The notes below the pieces were generated by a model. That model made no database searches, had not been told where the DNA came from, and saw only the letters and a program-made list of their open reading frames with translations. The position numbers and the translations under genes are program-made. 32,000 nt of DNA, taken from positions 2,280,001 through 2,312,000 of the forward strand of contig NZ_CP021983.2 in the NCBI RefSeq assembly GCF_002075285.3, given 5' to 3'. The stretch comes from Halomicronema hongdechloris C2206. Its GTDB lineage: Bacteria > Cyanobacteriota > Cyanobacteriia > Phormidesmidales > Phormidesmidaceae. Positions 24,407 to 32,000 of the stretch are shown one piece after another (within the stretch, counting starts at the first letter, position 1; every line of letters starts with the position of its first letter).

Positions 24407-26092
24407 ATGAGCAGTTCATCCCATGCCATGCCCCAGCCCTGGTGGGAAGAGGGAGTGATTTACCAAATTTATCCCCTCACCTTTGCCGATGGGAATGGAG
24501 ATGGCACGGGCGATCTGCGCGGTATCATTGCCCGATTGGATTACTTAAATGATGGGGATCCTGACAGCGAAACCTGCCTGGGGATCGATGCCATCTGGCT
24601 GTCACCGATTAACCAATCCCCTATGATTGATAACGGCTATGACGTTGTTGACTACACCGATATTTGCCCCATCTTTGGCACCCTGGCGGACTTCGATGAG
24701 CTGCTGGATCAGGCTCACCAGAGGGGCATCAAAATTGTCATGGATCTGGTGGTGAATCACACCTCGAATCAGCATTCCTGGTTTCTAGAGTCCGCCAGCA
24801 GCCGTGATCACCCCAAGGCCGATTGGTATCTGTGGCAAGATGCCTGGGAGGGACGGGATTTGCCCAACAATTGGCAGTCTTATTTCGGTGGCACTGGCTG
24901 GACCTATGCTGAAGAACGGGGACAGTTTTACTTCCATACCTTCAATGAAAACCAGCCGGATTTAAACTGGCAAAATCCTGAGGTCAGGGCTGCCATCTAT
25001 GACATCATTCGCTTCTGGTTGGACCGCGGCGTGGATGGCTTTCGTTTAGATGCCTCCAGTGCCTATAGCCAAGACCCCTATTTCCGAGATAATCCGTTGA
25101 AGTATGGGGCCTCTGACAAAAATGCCTATAACAACTACCATCACCTCTACGATAGGAATTTGCCGGAGAATCATCAGATTATCAAAGAGATTCGCGCCAT
25201 TTTAGAGGAATATGGCGATCGGCTGCTGATTGGAGAAACCTTTATCGACAATCGCCTCTACGATTCGATTGTTTTCTATGGGGTCAATAACGATGAACTC
25301 CATTTTCCCCTGACCTTTGAATTTCCCTTTAGTCCCTGGTATCCGGGCTACCTGCAGCGGCAGATCGAGAAAACGGAGAAAGTGACGCCAGTAGGGGCCT
25401 GGCCTACCTATTTTCTAGACAACCACGACATTCCTCGCCACCTCTCTCGCTGGATCGAGTGCAGTCTGTGCGTGGATTCGGTGGCTATCGCCAAGGCGGC
25501 GGCCACGTTGCTGCTGACGGTGCGGGGCACGCCGATTCTCTACTACGGTCAGGAGCTGGGCATGGTGGATAATACCGAGATCCCGGCCAATAAGCTGCAG
25601 GATCGGGCCGTGGTCAAGAGTGGCACCGGAGAAACGCCGCCGCCCCGGGATGGGGCCCGCACGCCGATGCAATGGGATGATTTTCCCCAGGCTGGGTTTA
25701 GTTTTGGCAGGGATGTAGACCCCTGGCTGCCGGTCCATACCAACTATCACCAGCTGAATGTACAGGCGGCGCTGCAGGATCCAGATTCAATTTTGACCTT
25801 TTACCGGCAATTGATTCAGGTCCGTAGGCGGAGTGGGGCGCTGCGCCGGGGCCAGTGGCGTCCGCTTATCCACTATCCCCACGAGCATCTGGCCTATGTG
25901 CGGGAGACCGAGGCAGAGACGGTGCTGGTTTTGATCAACTTTTCCTATGAAAAACCTCTAGAGCTAGATGTGTTGGTGAACCGAGAGGCCTGGACAGTGC
26001 TGCTATCCACCACCTACAAGACTGGTAAGCTGATTGACCTGCCTGATACTCTACAACCGTTTGAGGTCTCCATTGTGCAGAAATTAGCGTGA
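24407..26092 (+). CDS. GH13 alpha-glucosidase / oligo-1,6-glucosidase-family enzyme
   Basis: WWEEGVIYQIYPLTFADGNGDGTGDLRGI, DLVVNHTS, VDGFRLDA (nucleophile Asp), IGETF (acid/base Glu) and FLDNHDIPR. The ATG at 24407 lies one codon inside the ORF-track start. Confidence 0.9.
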   Translation: MSSSSHAMPQPWWEEGVIYQIYPLTFADGNGDGTGDLRGIIARLDYLNDGDPDSETCLGIDAIWLSPINQSPMIDNGYDVVDYTDICPIFGTLADFDELLDQAHQRGIKIVMDLVVNHTSNQHSWFLESASSRDHPKADWYLWQDAWEGRDLPNNWQSYFGGTGWTYAEERGQFYFHTFNENQPDLNWQNPEVRAAIYDIIRFWLDRGVDGFRLDASSAYSQDPYFRDNPLKYGASDKNAYNNYHHLYDRNLPENHQIIKEIRAILEEYGDRLLIGETFIDNRLYDSIVFYGVNNDELHFPLTFEFPFSPWYPGYLQRQIEKTEKVTPVGAWPTYFLDNHDIPRHLSRWIECSLCVDSVAIAKAAATLLLTVRGTPILYYGQELGMVDNTEIPANKLQDRAVVKSGTGETPPPRDGARTPMQWDDFPQAGFSFGRDVDPWLPVHTNYHQLNVQAALQDPDSILTFYRQLIQVRRRSGALRRGQWRPLIHYPHEHLAYVRETEAETVLVLINFSYEKPLELDVLVNREAWTVLLSTTYKTGKLIDLPDTLQPFEVSIVQKLA

Positions 26093-26144
26093 GGACTTCG
26101 TGGACTTGGGCCCCAAGTGCGGCGACTCGTCATTGGCTGAGGCG

Positions 26145-26186
26145 CCAAAGAGATAGGGCCAAAGAGATAGGGCCAAAGAGATAGGG
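26145..26186. repeat. 14-nt tandem repeat x3 (CCAAAGAGATAGGG)
   Basis: Read directly in the intergenic region between the GH13 and debranching-enzyme genes. Confidence 0.8.
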
Positions 26187-26241
26187 GGGGAAATGGTTGG
26201 CTAATTGTCGCCTTTCGTGTCGTTGAGCGATCTCATCTGGG

Positions 26242-28269
26242 ATGACTGTGCCACTGGGACGGGATATTTGCGGTGACTTGCCTCATGCGGAACGGCGAGA
26301 GTGGTTGGTTACCAATGGCATCGGCGGCTATGGCTGTGGCACCATTGCCGGGCTGTTGAGCCGCCATTACCACGGACTGTTGGTGGCGGCCCTGAAGCCC
26401 CCCCTGCAGAGGACTTTGCTGCTGGCTAAGTTGGATGAACAGGTGATTTATGGCGGCCAGGTCTATGCCCTGGGCTGCAATCGCTGGGCTGATGGTGCCG
26501 TGATCCCCCAGGGGTACCGGCTGATCGAGCGGTTTTGCCTAGAGGGCACCGTGCCCGTGTGGACCTTTGCCATCGCCGATGGGCTGCTGGAGAAGCGGGT
26601 CTGGATGGAGCAGGGGGCCAATACCACCTATGTCCGCTATACCCTGGTCCGAGCCAGCCAACCCCTGACCCTGTCGCTGCAGGCCCTGGTCAACTACCGC
26701 GATCACCATGGCAATCCCCAGGGACCTGGCTGGCAGATGCAGGGGCGGCCTCGACCCCAGGGGATTGAAATTCGGGCCTTTGAGGGGGCCGTACCGTTTT
26801 ATCTGCTGGCGGCAGGGGCTGAGATCTCCCCGGCCCATAGCTGGTATCGGCACTACGCCCTGGCAGTGGAGCAATACCGGGGCATTTATCCCTATGATGA
26901 TCATCTCCATGGGGCCACGGTGACGGTTGATCTGGCGGTGGGCCAGTCCCTGACCCTGGTGGCCAGTACTGGGCCAGATGCGGATCTAAACGGGGAGGCT
27001 GCCTTACGGCGGCAGCGACTCCATGAACAGGGGCTGCTCCAGCAGTGGCATGCTGCTGCTGGTCAAGATCATCCCGCCTGGGTACACCAGTTGGTGTTGG
27101 CGGCGGATCAGTTCGTGGTGGGGCGAACGGTGGCCGGGACGCCCGGTAAAACAGTAATCGCAGGCTATCCCTGGTTTGGCGACTGGGGCCGCGATACCAT
27201 GATTGCCCTGCCAGGACTTGCGATCGCAACCGGCCGTCCAGCCATAGCCCGGCCTATCCTCCGTACCTTTGCCCAATACCTAGATCAGGGCATGCTGCCC
27301 AATCTATTCCCAGAGGCGGGGGAATCCCCTGGCTACAACACCGTTGATGCCATCCTCTGGTACTTCGAAGCCCTGCGCGCCTACTACCAAGCCAGCCAGG
27401 ATCAGGCTCTGCTGGCAGAACTGTTTCCCGCCTTGGCCGAGGTAATTGAGTGGCACCAACGGGGCAGCCGCTACCAGATCCATCTAGACAGCGATGGGTT
27501 AATCTACGCTGGCGAACCCGGAGTCCAGCTCACCTGGATGGACGCCAAGGTCGACGACTGGGTCGTCACCCCCCGTATTGGCAAACCCATCGAAATCAGC
27601 GCCCTCTGGTATAACGCCCTGGTGGCCATGGCCCAGTTTGCCCCAGTTCTCGGTAAATCAGCGACGCCTTACCAGCAGCTAGCCGAGCAAACGCGACAGG
27701 GCTTCCAGCGCTTCTGGCCAGGAAACCGGGGTTACTGCTATGACGTGTTGGACGGCCCTGAGGGCGATGATACCTCCCTGCGCCCCAACCAGATCGTTGC
27801 CGTGGCCCTGCCTGCCTCGGAGCTACTAGGGCCAAGTCTGCTATCTCCTGTCCAACAGCGGGCAGTTGTCGATAGTGTGGCCCAGCACCTAGTGACGTCC
27901 TACGGTTTGCGATCGCTCGCCGCCGATGCCCCGCAATACCAAGGGCACTATGGCGGCGATCGCTGGCAGCGAGACGGAGCCTACCATCAGGGGCCAGTCT
28001 GGGGCTGGCTGATCGGCCCCTTTGTCCAGGCCCATCTCAAGGTGTATGGTGATTCGTCCCTGGCCCGCCGCTTCCTAGCGCCCCTGGCCGATCACCTCAG
28101 CGATGGCTGCATCGGCAGCCTCAGCGAGATCTTCGACGGCGATCCACCCCATCGTCCCCGCGGCGCCTTCGCTCAAGCCTGGACCGTGGCGGAAGTGCTG
28201 CGAGCCTATCGACTCACTGTAGAGGCGCCAAGGGAGTATCAAGCGACGACCGGACTTGATATGACCTGA
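26242..28269 (+). CDS. Glycogen debranching enzyme, amylo-alpha-1,6-glucosidase (GDE_C) type
   Basis: N-terminal EWLVTNGIGGYG, central AGYPWFGDWGRDTMIALPGL, and C-terminal YHQGPVWGWLIGPF and FAQAWTVAEVLR. These are typical of bacterial/archaeal GDE-family proteins. Confidence 0.88.
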   Translation: MTVPLGRDICGDLPHAERREWLVTNGIGGYGCGTIAGLLSRHYHGLLVAALKPPLQRTLLLAKLDEQVIYGGQVYALGCNRWADGAVIPQGYRLIERFCLEGTVPVWTFAIADGLLEKRVWMEQGANTTYVRYTLVRASQPLTLSLQALVNYRDHHGNPQGPGWQMQGRPRPQGIEIRAFEGAVPFYLLAAGAEISPAHSWYRHYALAVEQYRGIYPYDDHLHGATVTVDLAVGQSLTLVASTGPDADLNGEAALRRQRLHEQGLLQQWHAAAGQDHPAWVHQLVLAADQFVVGRTVAGTPGKTVIAGYPWFGDWGRDTMIALPGLAIATGRPAIARPILRTFAQYLDQGMLPNLFPEAGESPGYNTVDAILWYFEALRAYYQASQDQALLAELFPALAEVIEWHQRGSRYQIHLDSDGLIYAGEPGVQLTWMDAKVDDWVVTPRIGKPIEISALWYNALVAMAQFAPVLGKSATPYQQLAEQTRQGFQRFWPGNRGYCYDVLDGPEGDDTSLRPNQIVAVALPASELLGPSLLSPVQQRAVVDSVAQHLVTSYGLRSLAADAPQYQGHYGGDRWQRDGAYHQGPVWGWLIGPFVQAHLKVYGDSSLARRFLAPLADHLSDGCIGSLSEIFDGDPPHRPRGAFAQAWTVAEVLRAYRLTVEAPREYQATTGLDMT

Positions 28270-28274
28270 GCGAT

Positions 28275-29138
28275 TCAAATAGTCCGCACAGCAGCCAATA
28301 AGTCTCGATGGACCTCAGCCGTGGCCCCAATCACCAACCCTGGCCGTCTCATATCACGGCACTGATGTAAGGGAGGCGGTGGCTGCCCCTCCCAGGTTGT
28401 TACCCAATAGCCCATTTCCTGGGCCATAAAGGCCAGGGCAGCACCATCGATAAATTGACTGCGCTCAAGCACCGCCCCAGCTAAGTCTCCGCTGAGCAAG
28501 CCATTAAAATTGGGAATTTGTCGCTGCTTCGAGTAAGAACTACCCGTGTGAAAGACCTGATAGCGATCCTTGAGAGGATCAATCAGGGCAGTCAACGCGA
28601 AGCCCAAACAGACAGCAGGCGTCTTCGGCTGCACCATCAAGGGCCGACAATCGGCCATCGTATCCTGCCAGTGACCTCGATGGGTTCCCTGCCCTCGCAC
28701 AGTGTAGTAGTAGCAGTGCTGACTCGGACTAATGGCCAGTACCGCTTCAAACTCATCCTGGTTCAGCACCGTCAGAATAATTTGATAATTGTCATGGCCA
28801 TCCAAATAGAACTGGGTGCCATCGATGGGATCCAGGGTAATGAGGTAGTCATCTTGTGGTCCTAAATCAATGGCTCGGAAATATTTCGTGTTGTAAGTCT
28901 GAGCATGCTCTTCTCCATAGAACCGCAGCTCTGGGAAATGGGCCAGTAAGGCCACCTCCACAAATGTCTGCACTGATAAGTCAGCATCACTGAGGGCTGC
29001 CGCAAAGAAGTTATCCGAGCCAGCGGCTTTGGCAGGTTGGGCCGCAATACGGGGCTGGATCTGGCGGGCATAGGCTCCTGCTGTCTTGAGGTAAGGCAAC
29101 AGGGTGTCTAGAATCTGACGGGGTGTTGGCGATGGCAT
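28275..29138 (-). CDS. Inositol monophosphatase-family (IMPase/FBPase-like) phosphatase
   Basis: FYGEE and the LDPIDGTQFY metal-binding motifs. The protein is 287 aa. Confidence 0.75.
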   Translation of the reverse strand: MPSPTPRQILDTLLPYLKTAGAYARQIQPRIAAQPAKAAGSDNFFAAALSDADLSVQTFVEVALLAHFPELRFYGEEHAQTYNTKYFRAIDLGPQDDYLITLDPIDGTQFYLDGHDNYQIILTVLNQDEFEAVLAISPSQHCYYYTVRGQGTHRGHWQDTMADCRPLMVQPKTPAVCLGFALTALIDPLKDRYQVFHTGSSYSKQRQIPNFNGLLSGDLAGAVLERSQFIDGAALAFMAQEMGYWVTTWEGQPPPPLHQCRDMRRPGLVIGATAEVHRDLLAAVRTI

Positions 29139-29246
29139 AGGGCATAACGACTAAGAACCCTTTCTACTCATAGACGGGGAAGGCGCTGAGGGCAAGCACT
29201 ATGCCACGGCTCACGTATCCGGCTATACTCCAGGCTTCATTATTCT

Positions 29247-29933
29247 CTACCCCCCAGGCACGGTTAGGGGACGTCCATTGTCCTTGGGGCTCAGCTGCAA
29301 AATGAAGGGCACTACCTGCTTTTTCCACTGCTGTAGGGCAGTGAATGAGGCGGCCTCATCGCCGTAGCACACCTCCAGCATATCGGTGTGAATGATGCCA
29401 GGATTGAGAGGCACTGCTGCCATGGTGGCGGGAAGCTCTTGGGCCAAGGCTCGGGTCATGCCCTCTATGGCCCATTTACTAGTGCAGTAGGGAGCCACCT
29501 GGGGCGAGGTCGATCGTCCCCAACCAGAGCTGAGATTGACAATAATGCCACGGCCCCGCTGCACCATCGCAGGCACAAACTGGCGCAGGACGTTGGCTAC
29601 CCCTTTGATGTTGACATCGATGACGCGGTCGAATTCCGCAGGTGGTACCTGCCACAGGGGAGCGAGGGCATTGATCACCCCGGCATTGTTAATCAAGATG
29701 TCTGGGGGACCATGGCGCTCTAGCAGTGACTGTCCCCAAGCCTTGACCTGGTCCTGGTTGGCCACATCGACAACGGCAAAGTCGTGGGGGGGACCGTAGT
29801 GATTTTGGAGAGCGGTCACTGGTTCGGCCTGGCGAGCACAGCCCCAAATGGTATGGCCCAAGCTGATGAACTCTTCGGTCATGGCCCGCCCCAATCCGCG
29901 ACTGACTCCCGTAATTAGAATGTGTTGTGCCAT
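29247..29933 (-). CDS. Short-chain dehydrogenase/reductase
   Basis: ILITGVSRGLGRAM, NNAG, LSSGWG and YCTSKWAIEG (YxxxK). Confidence 0.85.
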   Translation of the reverse strand: MAQHILITGVSRGLGRAMTEEFISLGHTIWGCARQAEPVTALQNHYGPPHDFAVVDVANQDQVKAWGQSLLERHGPPDILINNAGVINALAPLWQVPPAEFDRVIDVNIKGVANVLRQFVPAMVQRGRGIIVNLSSGWGRSTSPQVAPYCTSKWAIEGMTRALAQELPATMAAVPLNPGIIHTDMLEVCYGDEAASFTALQQWKKQVVPFILQLSPKDNGRPLTVPGG

Positions 29934-30020
29934 AGTGCTCCTGCCATCCGTATCCCAGCTAGCTCGATACTCAGAGCTTTACCCCCTTAGTAAACCTCTC
30001 GGATTAGCCTGGGGCAAGGG

Positions 30021-32000
30021 TTAACTTAAATCCAACCGTTCCACGCCATCCCAGCCCGGCGGAAACCCTGTGTCGCGATAGGTCTGGCACCGTTGAACAT
30101 ACAATTGGGCCGCTTGATCTCGGGGATTTTGCGCTAAGACGTCTTGAAAAATCGGCTCTGCCTCGTGAAACTGCTCGGCGTAGTAGAGACACACCCCTTG
30201 TTCGAAAGTAGTGCGGGTAGCCACCTTCAGATGGCGTTGTTGCTCGTTGTCGCCATCAAAGACATCATAGATTTCCACCGGATTTTCCCTCCCCCGCACC
30301 CGGACTCGATCCAAAAAGCGATACTGATAGCGCACTGGATTGGCTAAATCCCCTAAAGTATCGCCGGTGAGGGTAATATAGTTGCCGTAGAGCTTAGTGA
30401 GTCCCTCAACGCGGTTAGCCAAGTTGACTGAGTCGGAAATCACCGTGCTTTCCATGCGTTCCTCTTCTCCTACGGTCCCTAACATCAGGTTGCCGGTATG
30501 AAGACCAACCCCAATGCGTATGGGCAACATCCCCCCTTGAGATTGCCGCTCGACATTGTAGGCAACGACCGTCTGCTGCAGGGCAATGGCTGCCGTCAGA
30601 GCATCGTCTGCAGATTGGGGAAATAATGCCATGACGGCATCGCCGATGTACTTATCGATGAAGCCGCGGTGCTGGCGAATGACTGGCCCTACCCGTTTCA
30701 GATAGGTATTGAGAAAATCGAAGTTCTCTTTGGGGGAGAGCTGCTCCGAGAGGGCAGTAAAGGCACGGATATCGGCGAACATGACCGTCATCCGTTTAAG
30801 CACCTGATCGCCAAGTTGCACGTCGAGGATGCTGTCTCGCTCTAGAAATTGTAGGAACTCATGGGGCACGAATCGCTCGTAGGCCTGGTTGAGGGCTGCT
30901 AAATTGGTATATAGATTGGCGTTCTCGATGGAAATTGCCACCTGGGCACTGAGAATGTTAATCACCTCCAAGCGACCGGGGGTAAAGGTATCAACGGTCA
31001 GGTTATTTTCTAAATACACCAAGCCCAGCAGCTTACCCTGGGTCGTTAGAGGCGCACACAGCAGAGACTTGGGCTGATGCTGAACCACATAGGGATCGTG
31101 GACAAAGGGACCCTGCTCGGTCGCATTGGCCAATACGACACTCTCTCCAGTCCTGAGCACATAGTTGACAATATGTTGAGAGAGGTGCGTCACCTCGCCC
31201 ACTGGCGTTGCTTGCAGAATCTGAACGGCATCTCGATCACTCCACCCCTCGGCTTCGATGGTAGGAGCACCGCGATAGGTTAAGACCAGCACGACCCGTT
31301 GAGCCGCAGCATTTTCCAGCAACGTATGCACCATAGTAGTTAGGAGCTTGTCGAGTAAGATTTCGCCGGAGAGGGCTTGGGTAGCTTTGATCACGCTTTT
31401 GAGATCTAGATCTCCTGGCTGACTATTGGTAGACCCGTAGGAGGATACCGAGGGGGTTAAGGTGTCGCCAGCCCCAGGGAATAGACCATCTAAGGTTCCC
31501 CCCAGAAAGGGATAGGCCTCATCTAGGGATTGCACTTTGCTAATGGCGCCCCATTGCAGGTAGGCATAGCGGGCTTCGATGCGATAGGCCCGACCAATGA
31601 CATCGAGACCGCGGCCGTCGTAGAAGTCGGCAGCTAGCTCATTGGCTAAGGCTTCATTTTGTAGGTAGCCTGCTTCTCGGGCACCTCGAATGGCTTTCTG
31701 ATAGAGGCGCTCAGCTTGGGGAAACTGGTGTTTGAGCCGGGCCATTTCTGCCTGAATCAGGTCGGCTTTGTGGCGGAAATTAGCCGGGCTGTGAGTGGCC
31801 CAGCGATGGAGTTTTTGCCAGTGCCGCTGCAAGGTTTGCCAGATATACTGTCGGCGGGCGGGATCCCGTTGGCGCTGGTAAGCTGTCACACAGCAGAGGG
31901 CGTAGTAGAAGCTGTGAGCAGCCACACGATATAACCCCATGGCGGCGCCAATGGTCTTATCGGCTTGTTGGGCGGCGGCTAGGGCGGCATCAGGGTCATT
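30021..32000 (-). CDS. Multidomain signalling protein: TPR-like region, GAF domain, class III adenylate/guanylate cyclase, C-terminal TPR. The N-terminus lies beyond the window.
   Basis: The frame remains open from the ATG at 31940 to base 32000 (NDPDAALAAAQQADKTIGAA-M...). The cyclase core has MTVMFADIRAFTALSE, KYIGDAVMALF, RIGVGLHTGNLMLGTVG and SDSVNLANRVE. A GAF-like segment reads SLLCAPLTTQGKLLGLVYLEN. Confidence 0.85.
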   Translation of the reverse strand, partial: NDPDAALAAAQQADKTIGAAMGLYRVAAHSFYYALCCVTAYQRQRDPARRQYIWQTLQRHWQKLHRWATHSPANFRHKADLIQAEMARLKHQFPQAERLYQKAIRGAREAGYLQNEALANELAADFYDGRGLDVIGRAYRIEARYAYLQWGAISKVQSLDEAYPFLGGTLDGLFPGAGDTLTPSVSSYGSTNSQPGDLDLKSVIKATQALSGEILLDKLLTTMVHTLLENAAAQRVVLVLTYRGAPTIEAEGWSDRDAVQILQATPVGEVTHLSQHIVNYVLRTGESVVLANATEQGPFVHDPYVVQHQPKSLLCAPLTTQGKLLGLVYLENNLTVDTFTPGRLEVINILSAQVAISIENANLYTNLAALNQAYERFVPHEFLQFLERDSILDVQLGDQVLKRMTVMFADIRAFTALSEQLSPKENFDFLNTYLKRVGPVIRQHRGFIDKYIGDAVMALFPQSADDALTAAIALQQTVVAYNVERQSQGGMLPIRIGVGLHTGNLMLGTVGEEERMESTVISDSVNLANRVEGLTKLYGNYITLTGDTLGDLANPVRYQYRFLDRVRVRGRENPVEIYDVFDGDNEQQRHLKVATRTTFEQGVCLYYAEQFHEAEPIFQDVLAQNPRDQAAQLYVQRCQTYRDTGFPPGWDGVERLDLS

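Noticed and set aside
26535-27276. Overlapping ORFs within the debranching-enzyme gene (for example 26690..27229 -).
   Set aside because: They are off-frame or antisense artefacts. The GDE frame is continuous and motif-bearing.

Overview
The window looks cyanobacterial. The HIP1 octamer GCGATCGC occurs at 9 or more sites, and the 36-nt CRISPR repeats end in ...AATTGAATGGAAAC.

The left ~16.8 kb is a type III-B CRISPR-Cas locus broken up by accessory and selfish DNA:
- The 3' part of a cmr operon: cmr3 (cut by the window edge), cmr4, cmr5, and a long double-RAMP cmr6/cmr1-like gene.
- A ~9.5 kb accessory stretch. It holds two strongly diverged CARF/HEPN (Csx1/Csm6/Cas02710-like) paralogs and a small GIY-YIG gene boxed in by MITE-like repeats and hairpins. 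It also holds two PIN-type toxin-antitoxin pairs (DUF433/DUF5615 and UPF0175/DUF3368).
- The same stretch contains gene relics (DUF433 fragment, GIY-YIG fragment, frameshifted Uma2), REP-like palindromes, a 21-nt tandem repeat and a 4-repeat mini-CRISPR array.
- cas1-cas2, a leader and a 25-repeat array.

Both arrays end with the same ~194-bp element plus variable tandem repeats. It sits exactly where the last spacer should be, in front of an array-specific degenerate terminal repeat.

The right ~15 kb is ordinary housekeeping: mutS2, CPD photolyase, a transaldolase with a C-terminal EF-hand pair, an SDR, a GH13 alpha-glucosidase, a GDE-type debranching enzyme, an IMPase-family protein, a second SDR, and a GAF/class III cyclase that runs off the right edge.

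I recognised no rRNA or tRNA. cas10/cmr2 and cas6 are not in the window and are presumably upstream. All protein family calls come from motif recognition by eye. No searches were run.
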